The notes under the pieces were generated by a model. That model was not told where the DNA came from, made no database searches, and saw only the letters and a program-made list of their open reading frames with translations. DNA of 64,000 bases from Octopus vulgaris (lineage: Eukaryota): positions 30,814,001-30,878,000 of the forward strand of contig OX597831.1 in assembly GCA_951406725.2 (NCBI GenBank). The letters are read 5' to 3'. The translations under genes and the position numbers were made by a program. Positions within the stretch are counted from its first letter, which is position 1, and every line of letters starts with the position of its first letter. Positions 53,013 through 64,000 of this stretch are shown here, in pieces.

Positions 53013-53809
53013 CGTATATATGTGCATATATGTTATATATATATATATATATATATTTGTACGTATACACACACATATACATATATAATATACTTTATAT
53101 ACTTTCAAAGATGCGTAAAGGAGACCTTATGCAACCTTTAATGGTTGATTGCTCGCCGCACCACCGTTTTCGGTTTTCGATATTGTGTGACATTTCAGAA
53201 TGGAAGTTAGACTAATGCAGAAATGCTTTATGTTAATGAATTCAACCGAAAGTGAAACTTATAAAGAGTATGGGATAAGTAAATGATTCGACCTCTTCTG
53301 GTTAATTTCTAAATAATATTTACTTTAATAACTCCACAAAGAGTTACTGTTGGCAGATTCGACAGTGCTTCAAACGAAATATATTATCGTATTCGGTTAT
53401 AAACTCCCCTATGTTCCGAGTTTAGTTTCCACCTCGGTGGGGTTTGATTTTCATACAACCCACAGCAAAAAAATAAATACTATATAACAATTACTTGGTA
53501 ATGGATACCAATTAAGGCTGCAATTTGACCGCAGTCCAATATATGAAGACAGTGGCTGAGAAAAAATATAAAGGAATACACAGTGCTGTTAATTACAATG
53601 TTTTGGATTAGTTAGTAACTAAAGAGCTGAAGAATGTTGTTTTTTTTTGCGTTTCTGCGTACGTCTTTGTGTCTGTATGTATGCATTGAGAAGATACTGA
53701 GATGTTTCATTAGTTTTTAATCAAGTTTGATTAGTCGAATTTGTATTCCCCATTACTAGTTTTGCTGTCTAAGATAATGAATAGAAAGAATTTATTAACG
53801 TCTTGATGC

Positions 53810-54155
53810 TACACAGGAGGGTTCGTGTGACAGATATTAGTAATTTATTTTTTCGGGGTTAACAGGTTACACTTGCTACGCAATTTCGTTTTTTTATTTT
53901 TTTGTGGGGTCACAGTTTGGTTAATGTTTTTGAAGATACATTATGATTAATCTTAGAGCCAAAACATTTAGTAGGATCGTATAGTATTATCAAAACAAAA
54001 TCTGTTTTAAGGTCCCGTAAAATTAACCAAAACTATAACTTCAAAAACATTATCCTTACTGTGGCTCCCAACATATTACGTAGCAGCTGTGACCCTTTGG
54101 CCCCTAAATAATAAATAACCAGCGTCTGTCAAGCACGAACAGTTAACCCTCTGTA
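53810..54155. mobile_element. Decayed fold-back MITE, ~160-bp inverted arms
   Basis: Arms share in inverted order GTTCGTG, TGACAGA, TGCTACG, CACAGT, TAATGTTTTTGAAG; right end CTG-TA. Confidence 0.65.
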
Positions 54156-54281
54156 TGCTCTGAAGATGTTAGCAAGTGCTTATTGGATCGTATCGTAGAC
54201 AACAAAGAAATGCATAACCAAATTTAATTAAAAATTAATCACACCCTTCAGTCACCAAGGATACTCGTACAAATATGATAG

Positions 54282-54347
54282 AGAAATACACGTAAATATA
54301 CACAGAAATACACGTAAATATACACAGAAATACACGCAAATATACAC
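54282..54347. repeat. 22-bp minisatellite x3
   Basis: AGAAATACACGTAAATATACAC repeated. Confidence 0.9.
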
Positions 54348-54789
54348 ATCCACATGAATAAATATAATGTATACACATGTATAGACATATGCATTCACAT
54401 ATATAAACTTAAATATATATATACACATGAAAACATACACAAGCGCACTTTAATCCGTTCATACATATACGCTCCTTCATTCATACAAACTTACGTAGAA
54501 ACACACATAAAAATATGAACATATATACACGCTCTAGCCGATGTCTCCTGAGAAATAAATCAACAAATTCAATTATTAATTAATCAAGATTCTTAATACT
54601 AACAAGCACCATACAAACGGACTAGCACGCGCGAATAAAAACATTCGTTCCTGAGCTGAATCCATCAAATATAATTAGCAATTAATTAACTATCTCAATA
54701 TTAATGATACATAATATGGTGGAGATATTTATCCAACATTAATTCAATGTAGTCAACATGATAGCCACAGATAGACAAAACATGGTCTT

Positions 54790-55030
54790 CTTCTTGTCCT
54801 TCTAAGTATGGCCGCAGCTCTTTCACCCTTTGCTGTGTGTAATCTATTCTTATTCTTACTCTTCCTGCAGTCTACTCCTTAGGTGACCCGTAATCCACCA
54901 ATTGTTCACCGTTAGTTTACTTTCCCCTGTTTCCATAGATCGTCTCCATCTCGCTCGTAATTTAGAACATCCCATCTACGGGACACTCTGAGTTCTTTTA
55001 AACATCTTACATCCCTTCTGCAGTTGAATC
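54790..55030 (-). pseudogene. Possible RTE LINE 3' relic
   Basis: FNCRRDVR...RWDVL/RARWRRSMETGESK resembles RTE C-terminal CKRD...W..LA.DR..WR. Confidence 0.35.
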
Positions 55031-55121
55031 TCTACACCAGACCATCAACAAGTCAGCAACAGAGGCTTTATGCGTTTGCTCGACTTTCTAGAAATAGCAG
55101 TTAAACCCCACTTAATTTATA

Positions 55122-55343
55122 CCTATTTCTTTACTCCCCCCAAGGGGCTAAACACAGAGGGGACGAACAAAGACAGACAGACGGATTAAGTCGATTACAT
55201 CGACCCCAGTGCGTAACCGGTACTTAATTTATCGACCCCGAAAGGATGAAAGGCAAAGTCGACCTCGGCGGAATTTGAACTCAAACGTAGCGACAGACGA
55301 AATACCACTAAGCATTTCGCCCGGCGTGCTAACGATTCTGCCG
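55122..55343 (-). mobile_element. SINE-B monomer, young
   Basis: Ends AAAGAAATAGGTAT, i.e. includes the first bases of a next unit. Confidence 0.92.
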
Positions 55344-55370
55344 CTATTTTACAACTGTCACGAACAATTA

Positions 55371-55747
55371 TTTATCTCTTAGTTGTTTTCAGTCATTGGA
55401 CTGCAGCCATGCTTGGACACGGCCTTAATGGGTTTCACTCGAGCCGAGTATTTATGTTGTTTTTCTTTACCTTAGTGTGGTGCTTATTCTATCGGTAGCT
55501 TTTGTGGAGCTGCTAGATTATGGAGTCGTAAACAGACCGACACCGGCCGTGAAGCAGTAATGGGAACAAGCACGATTTCTAACACCTACACACGCACACA
55601 CACACACACACACACACATAATGGGCTTCCACACTGTTTATTCTTAGTGCTATAGTTCAAGACACTTCTTAAGATGTCGCGCAGTGAGACCGAACCCGAA
55701 ACCATGTGTTTGCAAAGGAAGCTTCTTAACCTGGCAATCATGTCTAT
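55371..55747 (-). mobile_element. SINE-A, old
   Basis: Degenerate but collinear. Confidence 0.7.
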
Positions 55748-55755
55748 TAAATATT

Positions 55756-55959
55756 GGTTTCAAATTTTAGCACAAGGCCAGAAAGTTCGAGGGTGTGGGT
55801 AAGTCGATAAGTCGATTATACCAACACCAGTGCTCGACTGGTCCTTAATGTATCGACCCCCGAAGGGATGAAATGCAGAGTCTACCTCAGCAGAATTTGG
55901 ACGAGATGCCACTAAGCATTTTGCCCGGCGCAGTAACGATTCTGCCAGCTCACCGCATT
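55756..55959 (-). mobile_element. SINE-B (alternative tail)
   Basis: Head, domain and GGCCTTGTGCTAAAATTTGAAACC tail. Confidence 0.82.
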
Positions 55960-56537
55960 AATGCCGGTTAAACATTGCTATACAAAAATGCAGGAAGGTC
56001 GGTTCACGTATTAATAAGAAAAACTGAACCAGGAATATCTACTGGGCAATTCTTAGTTCCGTTATTCGGACGAATATGATAAATGGAACATAAGAAAGAT
56101 TTGGAAAAGTTATAAATATTCAGATATCTAAACAAGTTAACCGATAAGTTTGAAACAAGAAGTTCATGCTAGTTGACCATATAATTATTGTGCACTAAAA
56201 CTAATGAAGAAGTGAGAAGTATCAATTAAAGAAGAGAAAGAAAGACAGTAAAAAGGATACTGGCGAAGAAGATTTGTAAGTCAGTATAAAACATATAGTT
56301 ATGAATATAGTAAAATAAGGAAAAAAAGACGAGTTTAGTCAAAAGAAAAGAGCTTAACGTAGTGAATGTAAAGAAAAGGAAAAGATAAATTAAAAGTTAA
56401 CGAAGATAATTCAAAGAATGATTCTGTATACACAAGACCAAATGTATAAAGGAAATAACCTGCTGCTTGTATAACAAATATAATAAATTACGCTCAAAAT
56501 GTGTCATTACTCTTATATTTCCATTATACGCCGATTT

Positions 56538-56958
56538 CTTATTTCTTTACTGCCCACAAGGGGCTACACACAGAGAGGACAAACAAGGACAGACAAAGGA
56601 ATTAAGTCGATTATATCGACCCCAGTGCGTAACTGGTACTTATTTAATCGACCCCGAAAAGGATGAAAGGCAAAGTCGACCTCGGCGGAATTTGAACTCA
56701 GAACGTAGAGGCAGACGAAATACTTGTTTCTTTATTACCCACAAGGGGCTAAATATAGAGGGGACAAACAAGGACAGACATAGGTATTAAGTCGATTATA
56801 TCGACCCCAGTGCGTAACTGGTACTTATTTAATCGACCCCGAAAAGGATGTAAGGCAAAGTCGACCTCGGCGGAATTTGAACTCAGAACGTAGCGACAGA
56901 CGAAATACTGCTAAGCATTTCGTCCGGCGTGCTAACGCTTCTGCCAGCTCGCCGCCTT
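56538..56958 (-). mobile_element. SINE-B dimer
   Basis: Junction AAAGAAACA|AGTATTTCGTC near 56720; degenerate TSD TTATACRYCRATTTC. Confidence 0.93.
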
Positions 56959-56992
56959 ATACATCAATTTCTGTTTTCCGTAACATGGAAAT

Positions 56993-57394
56993 AGGCGCAG
57001 GAGTGGCTGTGTGGTAAGTAGCTTGCTAACCAACCACATGGTTCCGGGTTCAGTCCCACTGCGTGGCATCTTGGGCAAGTGTCTTCTGCTACAGCCCCGG
57101 GCCGACCAATGCCTTGTGAGTGGATTTGGTAGACGGAAACTGAAAGAAGCCTGTCGTATATATGTATATATATATAAGTGTGTGTGTCTGTGTTTGTCTG
57201 TATATGGTGGTGTGTTTACGTCCCCGTCACTTAGCGGTTCGGCAAAAGAGACCGATAGAATAAGTACTGGGCTTACAAAGAATAAGTCCCGGGGTCGATT
57301 TGCTCGACTAAAGGCGGTGCCCCAGCATGGCCGCAGTCAAATGACTGAAACAAGTAAAAGAGTAAAAGAGTAAAAGAGTAAAGAGTAAAGAGTA
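56993..57394 (+). mobile_element. SINE-A with (AAAAGAGT)n tail
   Basis: Collinear with other A copies; small internal deletion. Confidence 0.92.
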
Positions 57395-57542
57395 TGGAGG
57401 GAATATGTCCGACTAAATTACGATGTCCCCCGATTCGAGTGATACCATCATAATTGCGTAATTCACTTGTCAGGTGCACAGACAATCTGCTGCCGTTTCA
57501 CATGCGCATTGCAGAACTGACTTCACATTCGTGTGAAGATTA

Positions 57543-57646
57543 AGTAGTGTACATTGGTCTACAGTGACGTGCCCGGGTACATAATTTCACTTATTTAAGT
57601 GGAATTATGTACCCGGGCACATCACTGTACACCAATGTACATTACT
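57543..57646. repeat. 104-bp near-perfect palindrome
   Basis: 51-bp arms (57543-57593, 57596-57646), 4 differences, 2-nt spacer. Confidence 0.95.
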
Positions 57647-58099
57647 CGTGACAGTAGTCACAAAGACAACTGAAAATAAGGGTTGGACCTCCTTCAAATA
57701 ACACAGTAATGTCTTTAAAATGAAAGACACATTGTGAAATGAGGAAAAGAAATGTTCCACGGCTAAAATGCTTTGGATCATAAATCTTGTTCATATCCTA
57801 CTAAGTGCTTAAAAACAACAGTATACAAGAAATCCAAGTCAGTGAAGCAGTCTTTAAGTGGATGTTTTACTTACTTAAAATACCAGCTAAATCTCCCTCA
57901 AATCACACCCAGTAGTCATTCTAAAATGCGGAAGAGATTGAATAATGTAGTCTTAGAAACGGTGTATAAATAACAATGAGGATGGTCATTGATTGCTGGC
58001 ATACCTTTGATCTAAAGTCTCTTCAGTCATTTCTGACTTGGGGCTAACAACTTTAAATTCTTAAATAACATGGCAACATTATTGATCTATTTATACGTG

Positions 58100-58546
58100 T
58101 CGTGCTAATATTTGCATTGTGGTGTCAGTGTTAGGGACGTTGTGCTTGTGTTATTGTGTAGATGTCGTAGTTTTAGTGTTGCACTAAGGCAAGGCTGGTG
58201 ATGTGGATAGTGTTGTGGAGTTGCTACTGGAGTTGTTAGTAATATAGGGTGTTGTGGTGTTTCTGTTCTTTTTATAGTGTTGGTGGTGTTCTAGTACTAG
58301 GTATTATCGTTGCTGTTATGGTGCTCTACTCTTTACTCTTACTTGTTTCAGTCATTTGACTGCGGCCATGCTGGAGCACCGCCTTCAGTCGAGCAACTCG
58401 ACCCCGGGACTTATTCTTTGTAATCCCAGTACTTATTCTATCGGTCTCTTTTGCCGAACCGCTAAGTAACGGGGACATAAACACACCAGCATCGGTTGTC
58501 AAGCAATGCTAGGGGGACAAACACAGACACACAGACATATACACAC

Positions 58547-58615
<69 letters not shown>

Positions 58616-59870
58616 TACGACGGGCTTCTTTCAGTTTCCGTCTACCAAATCCACTCACAAGGCTTTGGTCGGCCCGAGGCTATAGTAGAAGACACTTGCC
58701 CAAGGTGCCACGCAGTGGGACTGAACCCGGAACCATGTGGTTGGTAAACAAGCTACTTACCACACAGCCACTCCTGCGCCTATGGTGTTTGGCTTGGGTG
58801 TTTTCGTTGGTGTTGTGATTGTTACTGATACTGATATCAAAGGTGGTTTTGTGGTCGGGTTTGGTGGCTGTAGTTGTGGTCAGTGTGATAGTTGTTGGAG
58901 TTGTTATTGCTGATGCCGTGATTGTCGTTCATATTTTTGTGTTTGAGGTTAGTGTGGCGCTGGGTGTCACACTTTGGTGTTGTGATTGATGTGGCCATCG
59001 CTGGTCTTGGTGTTATGTTTGATTTGTGGTAATGATATAATGTGTGTGGTGGTTTCGGTTAGTCTAGTCGTAGCTCATGTTTCGGTTGGAGATATAGCTG
59101 GGATTGATGCTGTAATTGTGGTTGGGGTTTCGGATGGTTATGCGGTTGATCGTACTGTCGTCGTTGAAGTAATGTTGTGATTGTAGCTGATATTGTTGAG
59201 GTCGTGTCTGGTGTTGTAGCTGTAGTCACTGAGGACGTGGATGATGTTTGCACTCATTTTGTTATTAGGATTGTAGTTAGCTGTTCGTGTTTTTGTTGAT
59301 ATTGGTGCTGGTCGTTGGTGATGCTGGTTATGGTTAGTGTTACGACAGTGGTGAATGTTATAGGTGGTATTGGTGTTGGGATTCTTGTTTATTTTGGTGT
59401 TGTGGTTGATGTTATGACTGTCGTTCTGTTTGTAACATGTGGTGTTGATGCCAGTGTTGCAGTTGCTAAAGTTGTAGTTCAGATTGGCTGGTGTTATGAC
59501 TGAGGTCAGTGTTGTGGTTGTAGTTGATGTTGTGGTTATTGTCAATGCTGGCGTTGTAGTTGAGGCAAATGTTCTGATTAATGTTCTAGTTATGGTCACT
59601 GTTATGAATGCGGTCATTGTTCGAATTCTTGTTGATGTCGGTGATCAGTTTGTGGCTAGAGCTGTTAACACCGGTGTTGTGGTCGTGATTGGTGTTATGT
59701 ATGTGGTTGTTAGTCGATGTTGTGGTTCTGATTGAAGTTTGTATTATGGTTATCGATGTCGTTGAGGTTGTGGTTGTGGATGATATATGGTAAATGTGAA
59801 ATTCTGATTGTTTTTCTTGTTGTAGTTAGTTTTGTTGCGTTAATTTCCCTGTTGCTGCTGTTGTTGTTAA
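58100..59870. repeat. Decayed GTT/GTG-rich low-complexity region
   Basis: Strong G+T strand skew, interrupted by a SINE-A. Confidence 0.75.
58324..58780 (-). mobile_element. SINE-A, full length, 7-bp TSD
   Basis: TSD TATGGTG at 58317-58323 and 58781-58787. Confidence 0.94.
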
Positions 59871-59948
59871 GGACGTTCACAAAGGATCCATACTGAAAAG
59901 GAGTAATACCGCTTAGTAATACCTGCTTAATACCCGCTTAGTAATACC

Positions 59949-60315
59949 TGTTTGACTAGGATTATAGTTTACAAGTGAAATGTAATACCTGATGGAAACA
60001 CCTTCGGCTATGCTCGCAACTTCAAATCCAGATTGCATAATCACCTTTCGTCATTTAAATATCACAATAAAGCTGTGTCTCGTCTTTGGCGGAAAAGTTG
60101 TGGCAATTAAAGGATAGTAATGTTCAACTCGAAATTGCCTCGAGTATAGTTCGAAAGACATGCCATATTCAAATAGCAAGTACGTACAGCTGTATACTGT
60201 CTTGTACTAAATTATGAGATATTTAAATATCCGGGTAACCTTCTTAATAAGACCAGAGAACTTAAAATGAAATGCTTACAAAGCATTAGACGGATATTCG
60301 CTTACTTCAAACCTA
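59949..60315 (+). pseudogene. Penelope-like element (Naiad-type) GIY-YIG endonuclease relic
   Basis: CLTRIIVYK*NVIPDGNTFGYARNFKSRLHNHLSSFKYHNK / LWQLKDSN / PYSNSK / YEIFKYPGNLLNKTRELKMKC fits CL...IVY...FK.R..NH..SF...W.LKD...LLNKR.E...KC. Confidence 0.8.
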
Positions 60316-60803
60316 TATCGGATTATATCTATTGATACCAAACAATCTGCCCTCCTGAACTTTAATACCTTAATTCTCTAGCCCCTATTTGGCGTCAGTT
60401 ATTGTTATAAATATTGTCGATATGATTACATTACATAATATACCGTATGGCATCTTTCACATCATAACCATCTCCTCCTGTTTTTTTCTCTTGCCTCCTG
60501 ACTTTAATTGATTCACATATTCGATTTCTGTATAACCTTTAATTCATTTACTACATGTATATTATATTTTTTACATCTTAAAATTGTTTTTGTATATTTT
60601 TATTTACATATTATGAGTTTTTTCATTCCGTAGATATTTTCCCAATTATTATGTTTCTATAATATCATGATGTGTACATGATTTTAAAACATAGGCTAAG
60701 CATTTCTAACTATGGATGCGTATATGGATGAGTTCGTAATGTATATAAATGTGTGTGTGTGTGTGTGTGTGACTATGTGTATGTATGTGTGTGTGTATGT
60801 ATG

Positions 60804-61025
60804 TACTCTCTTTTCTCTTGTACTTGTTTCAGTCATTTGACTACGATTATGTTGGAGCACCGCCTTTAGTCGAGAAAATCGACTCCAGGACTTATTTTTT
60901 GTAAGCCTAGTACTTATTCTATCGGTCTCTTTTGCCGAACCGCTAAGTTACGGGGACGTAAACACACCAGCATCGGTTGTCAAGCGATGTTGGGGGAACA
61001 AACACAGACCCACAAACATATACAT

Positions 61026-61075
<50 letters not shown>

Positions 61076-61233
61076 GATGGGCTTCTTTCAGTTTCCGTCT
61101 ACCAAATCCACTCACAAGGCTTTGGTCGGCCCGAGGCTATAGTAGAAGACACTTTCCCAAGGTACCACGCAGTGGGACTGAACCCAGAACCATGTGGTAA
61201 GCAAGCTACTTACCACACAGCCACTCCTACGCC
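60804..61233 (-). mobile_element. SINE-A, full length
   Basis: Collinear with other A copies. Confidence 0.92.
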
Positions 61234-61345
61234 ACATAGACATTTGTGTAGTATTTTTTTCATTTATATGCTATGAATTTTGTGCTCTTGTTTCTCCAAT
61301 ACTCCAGAAGTCTATCTGAAATTTGATTACGTCTTCTATTGATAT

Positions 61346-61746
61346 ACTCTCTCTTTTACTCTTTTACTTGTTTCAGTCATTTGACTGCGGCCATGCTGGA
61401 GCACCGACTTTAGTCGAGCAAATCGACCCTGACTTATTCTTTGTAAGCCCAGTATTTATTCTATCGGTCTCTTTTTGCCGAACCGCTAAGTGACGGGGAC
61501 GTAAACACACCAGCATCGGTTGTCAAGCAATGCTAGGGGGACAAACACAGACACACACATACATATACATATATATATACATATATACGACAGGCTTCTT
61601 TCAGTTTCTGTCTACCAAATCCACTCACAAGGCATTGGTTGGACCGGGGCTATAGCAGAAGACACTTGCCCAAGATGCCACGCAGTAGGACTGAACCCGG
61701 AACCATGTGGCTGGTTAGCAAGCTACTTACCACACAGCCGCTCCTG
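61346..61746 (-). mobile_element. SINE-A, near full length
   Basis: Collinear with other A copies. Confidence 0.92.
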
Positions 61747-62115
61747 ATCTATCATACTACATATTGATATCATGGTTGATGTTAATGTGCTAGGTGTCAT
61801 AATTACTGTTGCTATTACAACAATCTTCGTATTATATACGTTTAATTTTAATATCGGTATAGTTGATGAGTATATGCATATTTTTCTATTTTTGTATTTT
61901 TTTCTTTTGTTGTGAGTGCGTGTGTGGTTGCACGTATACATGTAGATGCTTGTGGATGCACGTATACATGTAGATGCGTGCGTGTGCGTGTGGCTGTGTA
62001 TGTTGTACATGTACATAGATTTATGTTTTTTTTGCCCCTGTCGATTATGTGATTGCTTATGTGTGTGTGTGTCTGTGTGTGTGTGTCTGTGCGCACGCGC
62101 CTATGGGTGCTTGTA

Positions 62116-62169
<54 letters not shown>

Positions 62170-62337
62170 GTGTATGTGTACGAGTGCGCGTAAGTACGTA
62201 CTATGTGTCTGTGCACATGTAAAAATTGGATGTAGGTGTGACTCGAATGATTGTATATAGGTATCTGTTATCATGTACGTACTCCTATCGATGGATTCTG
62301 GGGGATGCAGAGGTAATTGTTCTGTTGGTAATACTGC

Positions 62338-62502
62338 ATTCCGCCGATGTCGACTTTGCCTTTCATCCTTTCGGGGTCGATAAATTAAGTACCATATACT
62401 CACTGTGGTCGATGTAATTGACTTAATCCCTTTGCCTGTCCTTGTTTGTCCCCTCTGTGTGTCACACCTCTGTGTGTAGCCCCTTGTGGGTAGTAAAGAA
62501 AT
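62338..62502 (+). mobile_element. SINE-B, 5'-truncated
   Basis: Nin/Deu-like domain and CCCCTTGTGGGTAGTAAAGAAATA tail. Confidence 0.88.
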
Positions 62503-62938
62503 ATACGCTGTTAACCCTTATTCCATTCTGTCTTTCCTCTCATCCCTATTGTTTCCATTCTATCTTCCTCCTCTTTATTTTATTTCTCTAGTTATCTTTC
62601 TAGTTCCATTTAAAAAAAGAAATTAGTTGTAGCCCTGTCCGATGATTGTTTTATGACCCACTGACCTCTGACATCGCAGCTGGTTAAATCTAGCTATCCC
62701 TTGGTGTGTTTTCACTCTCTTCAATGATGCCTAACTTAGAGCCTCAATCTACAGCTTATGGTGATTTTTCTCATGTTCTTGATCTCCAAACAGAGAAGAT
62801 AAACTGTTTTCACATCAAATATTCATAAAATTTTACTCATATTTGATAAGATGAGATTCCTCGAAACCGTTAATATTTTCTTTACATAATTTTTAAAATC
62901 ATTTTTAATAAATGTCCTCTTAAACTAAAATGTCTTAC

Positions 62939-62979
<41 letters not shown>

Positions 62980-63159
62980 TGCTTTCGGCGCGAATAGCTT
63001 CTTTTTTTTTTTCATACGGCGCCATTTTTAGAATCCTGTAAATAATAATGGCATTTTTTATATAAGCTTAATGCTTATGGCGATAAACATGCAATGACTA
63101 ACAAAAAATAGACTAATAAAGGGGCATATAAACCCTCAACAGAACAAAGAAGACTTTCC

Positions 63160-63183
63160 TATATCTATCTATCTATCTATCTA

Positions 63184-63231
<48 letters not shown>

Positions 63232-63261
63232 CATACATACATACATACATACATACATACA

Positions 63262-63323
<62 letters not shown>

Positions 63324-63523
63324 CATACATACATATATGCATACCTGGTTATACATACATACATGCTTATATAAATGTGTGAATGTATGTTTGCGTCTAT
63401 GTACATTGGTGCTCTTATCTGTGTGCATATGCGTGTGTGTTTGTATGTGTGCTGTTTGTGTGATTGATTGTGATTGTGTGAGTTTGTGTGTGTGTGTAAG
63501 TGTTTGTGTGTGTGTGTGTGTGT

Positions 63524-63561
<38 letters not shown>

Positions 63562-64000
63562 GAATGCATTCGTGGTTCTACATAAATCATTCGAAAATGG
63601 CGACACTCCACCGTTACTCTGAATTGCATGATTCTAAATGGATAGATTAATAAGGTAATTTACGGGCTATGTATATATATATATACATATATATATATAT
63701 GTATGTATGTATATGTGCATGTGTGAGTGTATGTATCTGGATGTGTATGCGAGTGTGTGTATGTATGTGTTTATATATGTGTATCTGTGTGGGCGTGTGT
63801 GTATGTATGTTTTTATGTGTGTATGGTTGTGTGTGTATGGTTGTGTGTGTATTTAATCTCATATATATCTGTGCCTGTTTGTTGTCTGTATGATATATAT
63901 ATATATATATATATATTAACACAAATACATATATATATATACATGTTTGCATGTATGTATGTATGTATGTATGTATGTATGTATGTATGTATGTATATGT
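63160..64000. repeat. Compound (TATC)/(TA)/(CATA)/(GT)/(TATG) microsatellite region
   Basis: Direct reading. Confidence 0.9.

Noticed and set aside
58800-59870. Thr-rich mucin-like ORFs on the minus strand
   Set aside because: Frame changes and stops, continuity with a decayed GTT-rich tract and a SINE insertion; no splice support.

Overview
AT-rich, repeat-saturated eukaryotic non-coding DNA (intron or intergenic). The dense (TA)n/(CA)n/(CATA)n/(GATA)n/trinucleotide microsatellites and the SINE types point to a coleoid cephalopod, most likely Octopus; this is an inference, not a database result. I found no intact protein-coding gene, and almost all listed ORFs are microsatellite or SINE read-throughs. 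The window holds about 45 copies or fragments of at least four tRNA-derived SINE families, labelled here A (CORE-like, internal microsatellite), B (Nin/Deu-domain), C1/C2 (shared head, two different tails) and D. It also holds decayed RTE, R4/Dong-type (RLE) and Penelope-like (GIY-YIG) retroelement relics, two 8-bp-TSD MITEs, and several fold-backs. Most notable: (1) a dispersed set of minimal type I hammerhead-ribozyme motifs in short elements embedded in (TA)n, one with a fully intact core (20954-21037, minus); (2) SINE-B multimers built from a 183-184 bp unit joined at one fixed, self-complementary junction; (3) a MITE carrying telomeric CCCTAA repeats; (4) two compact near-perfect hairpins. 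All alignments and folds were done by eye, and element ends without TSDs are approximate.
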